Notes under the pieces: generated by a model | The model's input: only the letters and a program-made list of their open reading frames with translations | Database searches by the model: none | What the model was told of the DNA's origin: nothing | Made by a program: the position numbers and the translations under genes | Source: a virus | Lineage: Duplodnaviria; Heunggongvirae; Uroviricota; Caudoviricetes | Virus record (IMG/VR): IMGVR_UViG_3300028888_000043 | Coordinates: 265,756 to 329,755 of that record | DNA length: 64,000 nt | Reading direction: 5' to 3' (one strand) | Shown here: in pieces, positions 37,564 to 47,047 of the stretch | Layout of the letters: every line of letters begins with the position of its first letter | Position numbering within the stretch: position 1 is the stretch's first letter

Positions 37564-37911
37564 ATGAAACAGGAAGATAAGAAACTTCTTTATAAGGATC
37601 TTTGTATGAGACTTCCTTATCATCCTCAAATACATATATGCAATGATTCTTGGGAAGGGATGATGATAGGAGAATTTGACAATAACTTGTATTCCCATCA
37701 TCTTGATGCTTTCTGGTGTGATAGGATAGAAATTAAACCATATCTCCATCCAATGTCTTCTATGACTGAGGAAGAACACATAAAATATGAAAGTTTGTAT
37801 GACTGTATTGATGAAGGTCTGATAAAGGTATTTGATTGGCTCAATGCCAATCAATTTGACTATCGTGGTCTGATTCCTAAGAGTCTTGCTCTTGAAATGA
37901 AGAATGTATAA
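37564..37911 (+). CDS. KDLC.RLPY family protein, copy 3
   Basis: KDLCMRLPY, KPYLHPMSSMTEEE, DYRGLIP. Confidence 0.7.
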   Translation: MKQEDKKLLYKDLCMRLPYHPQIHICNDSWEGMMIGEFDNNLYSHHLDAFWCDRIEIKPYLHPMSSMTEEEHIKYESLYDCIDEGLIKVFDWLNANQFDYRGLIPKSLALEMKNV

Positions 37912-37924
37912 TTAATATATTACT

Positions 37925-38575
37925 ATGTTCAAACCAATCACAGAAGAAACCTTATCTAAATTAAAGGTCATCCATGACAAAATCAAGAACCACCCATTCA
38001 GGAAGACTTTGGAAAGATACCTCCTGGATGAGTATTTTGATTTATATGATAGAGATTTACTGAAAATCATAGGTCGTTATGAATATAATGATTATGAATT
38101 GACAAATAATGGTGAATATCTTTATTATAGATATGTCAGTGATAGATGGTTACATTATAAGGATGAAAACTACAAGGGTGGATATTATCATTACCATGAC
38201 AATACAGAAATCTGGTCCAATCCTAATATTGCCCTCATCAATGAGGCGTACCATGATTTGAGAGGAATAAAATGGACATTGAAAAGTAATTGGGAAAAAA
38301 GTGATTATCTCAAGAAGAAGTATCTTGGTAGATTCATAGAGACCACAGAGAAGATGCTTACCATCCTGCATGCCCTTATCAATGGTGTGGAGATCAGTGA
38401 AATGGATTATCCAAAGGAATATAAGGATGGTCAGACACATTATAAATTCGTGCGAAATCCATTGTATGACAATGACTGGACTCTTGAAAAGTATCTTCAT
38501 AGGGAATGGTGGGAAGACAAGGGATATACAGATATTCCAGAAGATACTTTTTATGAGAATGAAATGATAAATTAA
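37925..38575 (+). CDS. Hypothetical protein
   Basis: 216-aa ORF. Confidence 0.6.
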   Translation: MFKPITEETLSKLKVIHDKIKNHPFRKTLERYLLDEYFDLYDRDLLKIIGRYEYNDYELTNNGEYLYYRYVSDRWLHYKDENYKGGYYHYHDNTEIWSNPNIALINEAYHDLRGIKWTLKSNWEKSDYLKKKYLGRFIETTEKMLTILHALINGVEISEMDYPKEYKDGQTHYKFVRNPLYDNDWTLEKYLHREWWEDKGYTDIPEDTFYENEMIN

Positions 38576-38627
38576 TGGAACTATATATCAGTTGCCTAAC
38601 AAATAAAATATACCTAAAATATTTGAA

Positions 38628-39014
38628 ATGATTACAGAAGATTACATTTCATTTGAGACTGCCAAACTCCTGAAAGAAAAGGGGTTTGACGAACCTTGTT
38701 TTAGATATGCTGAGAGCAAAAAAATCTATGAAAGTGGTGCTTGGATGGTTGCAAATGTTACTGGAGGTGCTGTAGGTATTCCTACCCTCCAAATGGCAAG
38801 GAAGTGGATCAAGGAAAATTACAATAGGCATATCGAAGTCCGCATAACCAATCATTCCATATCTGATATGGTCAATGTGATAAAGTATTATTGGATAATC
38901 TTTGATGCAAAAACCGCCAGATGGATGGATGAAAGTACAATTTATAAGACTGGTGTGTTTGATACAGAGGAACAGGCATATGAGAATGCTATGAGACATA
39001 TACTTGAAAATTAG
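38628..39014 (+). CDS. EDY(I/V)SFETAKLLKEKGF family protein, copy 3
   Basis: Same N-terminus, PTLQMARKW. Confidence 0.7.
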   Translation: MITEDYISFETAKLLKEKGFDEPCFRYAESKKIYESGAWMVANVTGGAVGIPTLQMARKWIKENYNRHIEVRITNHSISDMVNVIKYYWIIFDAKTARWMDESTIYKTGVFDTEEQAYENAMRHILEN

Positions 39015-39020
39015 AAAATT

Positions 39021-39380
39021 ATGATGAGAATATTGAAAGAAAGAAAAGGCATTGATTATGTGAAACCTTATACCACATCTGCTTGGGCCAAGCATGACCT
39101 GGACAAGATGAAGGAGGCATTCAGGTATTACAGGGACAAGAAGGACAGATTGAAGAATGAACTCAAGGAAAAAGGTCTCTGGGAAGATATGCCGGCAGAT
39201 TACAGGTTTGAGATGTATGCCTTGAGAACTATGTTGGGGATTCTTCAAGTGAAGATTACCAAGTGTACAGCGGTTTTCAAGAAACTCCAGAGGGAGGAGA
39301 GTCTGGTACAGGAACAGGAAAAACTTAAACAGTTGGAAAAGGAATACAGAAAGAGAAGTAGAGAGTATAAAGGGAAGTGA
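39021..39380 (+). CDS. Hypothetical coiled-coil protein
   Basis: Co-oriented ORF. Confidence 0.55.
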   Translation: MMRILKERKGIDYVKPYTTSAWAKHDLDKMKEAFRYYRDKKDRLKNELKEKGLWEDMPADYRFEMYALRTMLGILQVKITKCTAVFKKLQREESLVQEQEKLKQLEKEYRKRSREYKGK

Positions 39381-39381
39381 T

Positions 39382-39795
39382 ATGAATGCGGTTTTTGTGA
39401 GATTTGACCATAATCTTGATTATAAGAATGTAGTCAACTCCTTCTACATCAAGAAGTTCTTGGAGAGTGTATATGGGGAAATGCCATCTATGATCACCAC
39501 AAGAAATTTCTTGTTTGACAGGGACAAGTTGGGCGAGTTCATCCAGGATCAGTATCTCCAATCAAGACCATTCATAGTGGATACTAAGGTTGTCCCCAAT
39601 GCAATTGATATGGAATATCAGGAGACTATTTGTGATTCCGGAGGGGAGTGGGGAGACAGGCTTCTTCTGGTAGAGTTTGAACCCGAGGTACTCACTGATG
39701 ACCACCTGGTGACGGTGAACTGTGGTGAAAAGGTTCTTGGTGTCTTTGCAACAGAGGATGATTTCGGGAAGATAGTTTATGAATTAAACAAATAG
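39382..39795 (+). CDS. Hypothetical protein
   Basis: Co-oriented ORF. Confidence 0.55.
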   Translation: MNAVFVRFDHNLDYKNVVNSFYIKKFLESVYGEMPSMITTRNFLFDRDKLGEFIQDQYLQSRPFIVDTKVVPNAIDMEYQETICDSGGEWGDRLLLVEFEPEVLTDDHLVTVNCGEKVLGVFATEDDFGKIVYELNK

Positions 39796-39799
39796 AATT

Positions 39800-40102
39800 A
39801 TGAACAAGGATTTATATACTCAGACTGTTGAGAATGTAAGACAGAGTGCCCAGTTGTCAAAGATTGACAAAAGATGGTTGCTTGCCATCCTGGCCATCCT
39901 GAAAGATGGAGGTTATGCAAGGGTACTGGCACACAACTGTCTCATAGACATCGAGAGGATTGCTGACACCAGTACCTTTGCATCATTCTTTGATGTGTAC
40001 AATCATCTGTACAAGTTTGAAACAAAGGTGATGCCTGTCAGAATAAATAAATTAGTGAACCATTATGCAAATTTACTTGACCTTGACAAGGCATTATGGT
40101 AA
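39800..40102 (+). CDS. Hypothetical protein
   Basis: Co-oriented ORF. Confidence 0.55.
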   Translation: MNKDLYTQTVENVRQSAQLSKIDKRWLLAILAILKDGGYARVLAHNCLIDIERIADTSTFASFFDVYNHLYKFETKVMPVRINKLVNHYANLLDLDKALW

Positions 40103-40195
40103 GTTTCTGGGAAACAATATTTGTCCTTGTCATTGCGGTGTGAGCCATAATGGCGATAGTAATGATGCTTGATAATATAAACAATAAATAATGTT

Positions 40196-40432
40196 ATGAT
40201 AGACCCTAATGAGAAAAAGAAGTACATAGGTACTTATGTTTGCGCTACCGGAAAGAAGAAGCAGATTTTTGGTACCATCACTGACCTCATCGAGGATGAG
40301 GAGAACCCGAAGCAGATCTGGTTTATTGTCTCTGACAAGAATGCCTCAAAGGGAGAGGAGAAATTCTCTCGCTGGGACAAGAACCAGTTACAGAAAGTCA
40401 TTGTCAGTACAAAGTTGTTGCCCCTTGATTAA
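40196..40432 (+). CDS. Hypothetical protein
   Basis: 78 aa; core-like codon usage. Confidence 0.55.
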   Translation: MIDPNEKKKYIGTYVCATGKKKQIFGTITDLIEDEENPKQIWFIVSDKNASKGEEKFSRWDKNQLQKVIVSTKLLPLD

Positions 40433-40443
40433 TACAAAATAAA

Positions 40444-40701
40444 ATGAGCCTGAAAGTACCTGACAGTCTTATCAACAAGGAGAATGTGTCAATCTCCATA
40501 TATGGTCCAAAAAACAAGGTTCTGGTGGTCTTCTCTGATGAGTTGAGACAGGAACTGGACAAATGGCCTCCAAGGACTAATGTGGTTGTATGTGACAACA
40601 TCTGTAACCAGCTAAATGGATTCAACTTTGAGACCTACAACAGTGAGGAACTGGAACAGATTTATTCCCTGGTCTTCAAAACCCTGAACCAGGAATATTG
40701 A
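40444..40701 (+). CDS. Hypothetical protein, paralog of 42597..42896
   Basis: P..LINK.NV...FS shared. Confidence 0.6.
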   Translation: MSLKVPDSLINKENVSISIYGPKNKVLVVFSDELRQELDKWPPRTNVVVCDNICNQLNGFNFETYNSEELEQIYSLVFKTLNQEY

Positions 40702-40716
40702 TATAAAATAATTGAA

Positions 40717-40935
40717 ATGAATATGAGTTTAGCAGAGATTTTGATTCCCTTCATTATTGGCTTGATTGTGGTTGGTGGCATTTGGTTTGTCATCAGTCAG
40801 AGTAAGAAGAACCAGAAACAATCCGGTGGTAGCGGAACTGTCGGTGGTGGAGTTCCTGGTGGAAACAACCATCAGCAGGAAGGCACCATCGAGCATGAGA
40901 GTCTGTTTGACAGTGATGGTCCGGAAATTGTCTAA
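40717..40935 (+). CDS. Single-TM protein with Gly-rich tail
   Basis: Hydrophobic N-terminus; followed by terminator 40944-40971 fused to TTTGTTATATTT. Confidence 0.55.
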   Translation: MNMSLAEILIPFIIGLIVVGGIWFVISQSKKNQKQSGGSGTVGGGVPGGNNHQQEGTIEHESLFDSDGPEIV

Positions 40936-41008
40936 AAATGACTGGGAAGATGAGAAATCATCTTCCCTTTTGTTATATTTGATATGTAACACTTTAAATG
41001 ATATTATT

Positions 41009-41398
41009 ATGAACTTATTTGAAACATTGGTTGTTGTCATCTTGGCAGTCTATGTACTGTCCTATCTTATTTTTGTCATCACTGGAAGAATCAATTCCAG
41101 GAAGGAAAGAAAAGAAGACATTGCCAGGGCGGACAAGTCCTTGCAGTGGGAAGATCAGTTAAAGGTTCTCACCAAGAGACTTGGTGAAATTTCCACAGAA
41201 AATCAAAGACTGATGGATGGTAACAGGCAGTATGCTGCTGCTTACAGTAAGATTTATTATGAACTGCAAGATTACAAAAAGAAGTATGGTGAACTTCATC
41301 CTGTGGATGGAACTATTGAACAGGAGACTCCAAAGGGTGGTAATATGAAGGTATCTGATAAATTGGATATGGAAAAGCAATATGGGGAAGAGTCATAA
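41009..41398 (+). CDS. Membrane-anchored coiled-coil protein
   Basis: ATG after promoter motif 40969-40980; N-terminal TM. Confidence 0.55.
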   Translation: MNLFETLVVVILAVYVLSYLIFVITGRINSRKERKEDIARADKSLQWEDQLKVLTKRLGEISTENQRLMDGNRQYAAAYSKIYYELQDYKKKYGELHPVDGTIEQETPKGGNMKVSDKLDMEKQYGEES

Positions 41399-41999
41399 TA
41401 CAAGCAAGAGAAGACCTGTCATTGCTGTGGATGTTGATCAGGTCCTGAGGAGTAACCTTTGGATTATGGTTGACCTATACAACAAAGAGTTTGGGACTGA
41501 TATGAAGGTGGAAGACATCAAGGATTTTATGGTTGATGTCTCCTTTCCTCTTTTCAAGGAGAAACTTGGAATCAATGGAAGTGATTATTTCTTCAAGACA
41601 CATGCTCAAGAGATATTCCTGAATGCCCCTTCTTATCCATTTGTTACAGAGAACCTGAACCGCTTGAAGGAAGTGGCAGATGTAGTCATCATCACCTACC
41701 AGAAAGACTACACTAATAAGATGTACACCTTGAAATGGTTGGAGGATCACTTGATTGAACCAAATGGAATCTGTTTTATGAAAGACAAGACTTTGTTGCA
41801 CTGTGATGCTCTCATTGATGACAATGACTGGAACTTCCTTGGTACTCACTGCAACACATCTGTCTTGGTCACACAGCCTTACAACAAGGACTTGAACCTG
41901 GATGAACTGCTTGCGAAGACGAACAGTAAGCAAATTGTAAGGGTTTACAACTTCAATGATTTTGTGGACAAATATTTAAATGGTGAGATAGTATTATGA
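41382..41999 (+). CDS. 5'(3')-deoxyribonucleotidase (HAD, NT5C-like)
   Basis: AVDVDQVL motif I, K..WL, LIDD, QPYN. Confidence 0.82.
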   Translation: MGKSHNTSKRRPVIAVDVDQVLRSNLWIMVDLYNKEFGTDMKVEDIKDFMVDVSFPLFKEKLGINGSDYFFKTHAQEIFLNAPSYPFVTENLNRLKEVADVVIITYQKDYTNKMYTLKWLEDHLIEPNGICFMKDKTLLHCDALIDDNDWNFLGTHCNTSVLVTQPYNKDLNLDELLAKTNSKQIVRVYNFNDFVDKYLNGEIVL

Positions 42000-42595
42000 A
42001 AGTTATTTTGACACCTGATATGGCAAAGGAACTCCTTGAAAACGAGGAGATGATAAAGAACCAGGAAGGTCCATACAGACCACATTTCAATCCTGTGACC
42101 AAGAAGTATGAGTCAGTTATCAAGTGCTGGCCTCTTGAAGAGTATGCCGGAGGTGAAATCCAGCAGCGGACTGTCATTCCTGGGATGGAATCTGAAGTGG
42201 ATGATATATGTATGGCGAAGATTAACGATGGAACTATTTCCTACAAGGTGAACAAGTGGAAATGGTATCCGTCGTACAATCCATTCACCAGGGTGATGGA
42301 AACTCCGCAAAAACTTCTGAACCACAGTATCATTGTCTATACGCCAACATTTGAGAATGACACCATCTTCCTGACTGCTGGGACGCTGAATGAACTTTAT
42401 GAGAAGATGAAGACTTATCATATTGTCAATGAACATGAAGATGAGGAGAGGTCGAAAGGAAGGAAGTCTATGTCAGTACATTTCAACTCCATCGACGAGT
42501 GGTTCCAGAAGTATCAGGGTATCTGTACTTATATCCTTCTGGAAGGAGAGAATGTGGTGAAATGCGGGAAATTTGAGAACAAGAAATACTGGTGA
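41996..42595 (+). CDS. Hypothetical protein
   Basis: ATGA overlap with upstream gene. Confidence 0.55.
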   Translation: MKVILTPDMAKELLENEEMIKNQEGPYRPHFNPVTKKYESVIKCWPLEEYAGGEIQQRTVIPGMESEVDDICMAKINDGTISYKVNKWKWYPSYNPFTRVMETPQKLLNHSIIVYTPTFENDTIFLTAGTLNELYEKMKTYHIVNEHEDEERSKGRKSMSVHFNSIDEWFQKYQGICTYILLEGENVVKCGKFENKKYW

Positions 42596-42596
42596 T

Positions 42597-42896
42597 ATGA
42601 AGATTTCCGGAAACAAATTCAAACTTTTCAAAAGAGACAGGTGTGTCCTTCCTGAACATCTCATCAACAAGGACAATGTGTTTGTCAATTTTGACCAAGA
42701 AACAGGTGACATTGACATCTCATTTTCTGAAGACATATTGAAAGAGTTTGCCTACTGGGGAAGGAAAAGAGTCAACAATCTTATGAAAGACCTTCAAACA
42801 AGTCTGAGGGTTTTCTTCCTACATCAGCCCTGGAATGTCAGTAACAGGGATAAATTATATGAACAGATATTCATAACACTTCATCAGGTTTATTGA
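42597..42896 (+). CDS. Hypothetical protein, paralog of 40444..40701
   Basis: LPEHLINKDNV...FSEDI...EQIFITLHQVY. Confidence 0.6.
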   Translation: MKISGNKFKLFKRDRCVLPEHLINKDNVFVNFDQETGDIDISFSEDILKEFAYWGRKRVNNLMKDLQTSLRVFFLHQPWNVSNRDKLYEQIFITLHQVY

Positions 42897-43199
42897 TATG
42901 ATACATTTGAAAACATACACAGGGGATTCTTATGAAGACTGTTTCCGCCATATAGACATCCCTGATGACAAGGTTATAAATGTTGTTCCGAGAGGATCCA
43001 AGAGGTCACAGGGATATGATGAATATGATTTTTGGGAGACCTATTATGTGGATGTAATTTACAAGGATTGATATATGGAGAAAGATAAGAAAGACAAGAA
43101 CAGGATACCGAGGGATGAATATATGTACTTAATATTTCTTCTCATCATTGTAATGATACCATTTATTTATCTTTTTGTAGTTGTTTTTAATTAATAGAT

Positions 43200-44102
43200 A
43201 TGTTTAAGTTATTCAAGAAAAATATGGAAAAGTCACAAAAGACCAGAGAAAAGATTATCAATGATTTCATTGAGGAATTCTTGTATGATTTCCACCACAG
43301 TTGTGAAAGAAAGAACCTTGATGTCCCAGAACTGCCAGATGATGTTATCATAAGTATTGTCAATGAGTACTTCAACAAGAAGTCTCTCACCGAGGCAAAC
43401 AAGTATATCTACAATGCACTTGACAAGTATGTGGAAGATACTTATGAGAAAATCAACTGGAATCTTGGGAGAGAAGAAGTAAAGGAGACTTTTGAATACA
43501 AGGCATGGATGAGGCATTCTGAAATAGACACCATCTGGTCTGATTGCAAGAGGATGAATGGTATTGAAAAGACCTGGGTCAATCTCAATGGTCAGGTACA
43601 CACTGATGAGGAGGCGGCAACCATTGCTGCTGACAAGTGGTGTGAACTCATTTTTGGATGGCATCTACAGGACAATGGTGCAATCAATGAAGATCATGCC
43701 GGAGGGTTTTATGCCTGTGCCCTCGGAACTGTCCTCGCCAACGACTCCAAGCAGGGAATCTCTGATGAAGTCAAGGAGAAGGCTCATGGATATTTCAAGG
43801 ATTATTACCTCCATAGTATCCATTATGACAAGAGTGATGGTGTTAAGGATATTGAGTGGGCAAACAAGATGTTCCCTGATGATGAAGAGGGTGACCACAA
43901 GTTTGACTGGAAATATGGTTTCGGTTATCTTGGATTGTCTTGTGACTATGGTCCATCCACACCTCTTTATCTCATCCTGGTCCATGCAGGAGTCCCCAAG
44001 AGAGATGCTGGGAACATTTGTCCCTGGAAGACAAGTATTTCAATCAGGTCACTGGACAATGCTGTCCAGTACCATACATACAGACATATGGATGAATTAT
44101 GA
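43200..44102 (+). CDS. Hypothetical phage protein
   Basis: 300 aa; QDNG, L.CDY.P and CPWKT blocks. Confidence 0.65.
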   Translation: MFKLFKKNMEKSQKTREKIINDFIEEFLYDFHHSCERKNLDVPELPDDVIISIVNEYFNKKSLTEANKYIYNALDKYVEDTYEKINWNLGREEVKETFEYKAWMRHSEIDTIWSDCKRMNGIEKTWVNLNGQVHTDEEAATIAADKWCELIFGWHLQDNGAINEDHAGGFYACALGTVLANDSKQGISDEVKEKAHGYFKDYYLHSIHYDKSDGVKDIEWANKMFPDDEEGDHKFDWKYGFGYLGLSCDYGPSTPLYLILVHAGVPKRDAGNICPWKTSISIRSLDNAVQYHTYRHMDEL

Positions 44103-44247
44103 AACCTTATGGAAGAGAAAAGAAAGTAACTTTTCCTGGGAAGACTGACTGTCATCCCAGGAAAGGTTTTGTTAATTGGTGGGAAAGGATTACCGACAAT
44201 CTCTCCCGCAGCGCTATGAAACAGAAACTGAAAAAGGAGATAGAATA

Positions 44248-44889
44248 ATGGGTAGATTTCTCAAATTGTGGAAAGATACTGGAAGGAAGTTCGTCAGGCC
44301 GAAGTTCCGCTGGTACATAGGAAGGTGGAGTAGAGAACCCAATCTTCCTATTTGGAGACATGGTAATGTCATCAGACTTGCAAAATATGATGAAATGGAA
44401 GAGGCATGGAATGGTTTTACTTTCTATGGTTCCAAATGGAATGAACTGGGAAGAAAGAATCATCCTTTTCTTTCAAAATTCCTGAAACCATATTATGTCC
44501 TCCCTGACTGGTTGAGTTTCTATTTCTTCAACAGTGATATAGGGTGGAAAACCAGGGAGGAAGAGGATGATTTCAGGTATGAAAGTCCTGCACATATAAC
44601 TCTTGTTATATTTAATATGAGCATTTCCATCACTGCCTATATTCCACGAGCAAATAAGGATGATTGGACTTGTGAGGATGACTACTGGGAGAGTCTTCTT
44701 ACATACAATTATTTTAATGGAGACCTCAAAAAGACCAATGAAGTGATGGGATGGTGGGGAACTCCAGGTGAGGAGAATTTCAGATTCTGCTTCCAACCCA
44801 GGTTTCTCAACAATGAAAAAGAAAGGAATGAGTTGATAGATATCCAGGGTGATGTTATCAATAGTCTGGATTTGTTTGATGAAGAATAA
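44248..44889 (+). CDS. Hypothetical Trp-rich protein
   Basis: ATG at 44248. Confidence 0.55.
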   Translation: MGRFLKLWKDTGRKFVRPKFRWYIGRWSREPNLPIWRHGNVIRLAKYDEMEEAWNGFTFYGSKWNELGRKNHPFLSKFLKPYYVLPDWLSFYFFNSDIGWKTREEEDDFRYESPAHITLVIFNMSISITAYIPRANKDDWTCEDDYWESLLTYNYFNGDLKKTNEVMGWWGTPGEENFRFCFQPRFLNNEKERNELIDIQGDVINSLDLFDEE

Positions 44890-44900
44890 AATAAAAATAT

Positions 44901-45695
44901 ATGAAACAGTATTTAGATTTACTAAAAGAGATTAGAGACAATGGTGTAGTCAAGACTGACCGTACAGGTGTTGGTACAAAGTCCATATTTGGTCACCAGA
45001 TGAGGTTTAACCTCCAGGATGGGTTTCCGCTTCTTACTACCAAGAAAGTCTTTCTGAAGGGAATTATATATGAATTACTATGGTTCTTGAAAGGTGATAC
45101 GAACATTAAGTTCCTCACTGATCACAATGTCCATATCTGGGATGAATGGGCAGATGAGAATGGAGACCTTGGATATGTCTATGGAAAACAGTGGAGATCC
45201 TGGGAGACAACTGATGGAAGGGTGATTGACCAGATTTCACAGGTTGTTGATTTGATTAAGAATCACCCTGATTCAAGGAGGATATTGGTGACCGCCTGGA
45301 ATCCTGCTGAAATTGACAAGATGGCACTTCCTCCTTGTCATTGTCTGTTCCAGTTCTATGTCGCTGATGGAAAACTGTCTTGTCAGCTATACCAGAGGTC
45401 TGCTGATACTTTCCTGGGTGTTCCTTTCAATATCGCTTCTTATGCACTTTTGACAATAATGTTGGCACAGGTGTGTGGTCTTGAACCTGGGGAGTTCATT
45501 CATACAACAGGTGACACCCATCTTTATCTCAATCATCTTGATCAGGTAGATGAACAACTTTCAAGAGAACCGAGACCACTCCCGAAGATGATTATCAATC
45601 CTGATGTGAAATCTATTTTTGATTTCAAGTATGAGGATTTCAAACTGGAAGGGTATGACCCTTGGCCTGCAATCAAAGCCCCAATTGCCGTATGA
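44901..45695 (+). CDS. thyA: Thymidylate synthase
   Basis: DRTGVGT, ELLWF, YGKQWR, SRR, MALPPCH, YQRSAD, GVPFN, H.YLNH; 264 aa, uninterrupted. Confidence 0.97.
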   Translation: MKQYLDLLKEIRDNGVVKTDRTGVGTKSIFGHQMRFNLQDGFPLLTTKKVFLKGIIYELLWFLKGDTNIKFLTDHNVHIWDEWADENGDLGYVYGKQWRSWETTDGRVIDQISQVVDLIKNHPDSRRILVTAWNPAEIDKMALPPCHCLFQFYVADGKLSCQLYQRSADTFLGVPFNIASYALLTIMLAQVCGLEPGEFIHTTGDTHLYLNHLDQVDEQLSREPRPLPKMIINPDVKSIFDFKYEDFKLEGYDPWPAIKAPIAV

Positions 45696-46168
45696 TTAAG
45701 AAAATTATTGTAGCAGTTTCAGACAACTGGGCTATTGGAAAGGACAACAAGATGCCCTGGCACATTCCTTATGACCTTCACTGGTTCAAGGAAGTCACGA
45801 CTGGTCATCCTGTCATTATGGGCTCAAACACCTATAAATCAATAGGTAAACCTCTCCCAAACAGGACAAATATTGTGGTGAGTCATAAATACATAAGTGG
45901 TGTTGTCATGGCTCACAGTCTTAAAGAGGCATATTCTATTGCTGAAAAGATTGATGACCAATGCTTTATAATTGGTGGCGCACAATTATACAAGGCAAGC
46001 ATAAATGATGCGGATGAGTTGTATGTCACTCATGTTCACACAGTCATGGAAGATGCGGATGCCTTCTTCCCGGAGATTGACCTGGATAAGTGGGAGGTCT
46101 GTGACAGGTCATTTGAAAAGAGAAGTGGTGACATCAAGTTTCAGATGGTTATATACAAAAGGAGATAA
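45692..46168 (+). CDS. folA: Dihydrofolate reductase
   Basis: IG...MPW...DL..FK, VIMG..T, PLPNR.NIV, IIGGA, DAFFP; ATGA overlap with thyA. Confidence 0.95.
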   Translation: MIKKIIVAVSDNWAIGKDNKMPWHIPYDLHWFKEVTTGHPVIMGSNTYKSIGKPLPNRTNIVVSHKYISGVVMAHSLKEAYSIAEKIDDQCFIIGGAQLYKASINDADELYVTHVHTVMEDADAFFPEIDLDKWEVCDRSFEKRSGDIKFQMVIYKRR

Positions 46169-46170
46169 CT

Positions 46171-46629
46171 ATGGGTTGGCTCAAGAATTATTTCAATGAA
46201 AGAAAAGCCTGGCGCATTGTCAGGAGGGAATACAAGAAGAACAAAAGGTTGTTTGATGCAGTCGGTCTCAAAAAGGACTGGTTTGGAAGGATGTACAAGG
46301 TCATCAACAGGGACCCTGAGATTGTGCTTGGTTCTGGGGAGGATGAGGTTTATTTGAGGAAGGAACTGGCGGAGGTCACCGCTGTCCTTGTCAAGACCAA
46401 TCTGATGGACATCATGGCGTATGAACTGACTCCATTGGAGGATGTAACCCAATTGGAAGATGGAAAGGAGGAATTTGAGCATGGTTATCTCATCACCCTC
46501 ACTCCTGCTTGGAATCTGGACAGGCAGTATGTGACTTTCTGGAGTGTGTTGTTTGTTGACCTGACCATTCTCGGACTTCTTTCTACCGGAATCTGGGCAT
46601 TCATCACATATCTTCTTCCATTGTTATGA
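46171..46629 (+). CDS. Hypothetical protein with C-terminal TM anchor
   Basis: Hydrophobic C-terminus. Confidence 0.6.
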   Translation: MGWLKNYFNERKAWRIVRREYKKNKRLFDAVGLKKDWFGRMYKVINRDPEIVLGSGEDEVYLRKELAEVTAVLVKTNLMDIMAYELTPLEDVTQLEDGKEEFEHGYLITLTPAWNLDRQYVTFWSVLFVDLTILGLLSTGIWAFITYLLPLL

Positions 46630-46997
46630 TAGCTGACAGGTCCAAATTGAAGGAACTCGGACTTGAAAGATTCTCAAAGTATTTCGACAACATTGAGAAC
46701 CAGTATCTCAATCTCATCTATGATCCTCTTTCTGGGAAAGTTGTTGAGAAGTGGGTTTATGAGAAGACTGCCGGACTCACCGAGTGGAAATGCGCCATCT
46801 GTGGGGATGATATCTTGGTGGACAGGAACAAATCTGATGTTGAGAATTTTGTCTGTAAAAAGTGTTCGGAGAAATACAATAACAAGAGTCCTTTGGTTGA
46901 CAGGAGGATAATGGATTCCAGAACAAAGTTTTTCAAATACATAGAAGACCGGTTATATGAGGAACTGGAAGACAAATTAAACAGGGGAAAGAGGTAA
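46626..46997 (+). CDS. Zinc-ribbon protein
   Basis: CAIC...CKKC. Confidence 0.6.
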   Translation: MIADRSKLKELGLERFSKYFDNIENQYLNLIYDPLSGKVVEKWVYEKTAGLTEWKCAICGDDILVDRNKSDVENFVCKKCSEKYNNKSPLVDRRIMDSRTKFFKYIEDRLYEELEDKLNRGKR

Positions 46998-47022
46998 TCT
47001 TTTCCCTGTTTTCTCATAAATA
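46980..47022 (+). terminator. Terminator fused to late promoter
   Basis: AACAGGGGAAAGA-GGTAA-TCTTTTCCCTGTT then CATAAATA at 47015. Confidence 0.75.
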
Positions 47023-47047
47023 ACTTATATAGTGTTTTGTATATAAT

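Noticed and set aside
44901-45695. Intron or intein in thyA
   Set aside because: ORF is contiguous and of standard 264-aa length
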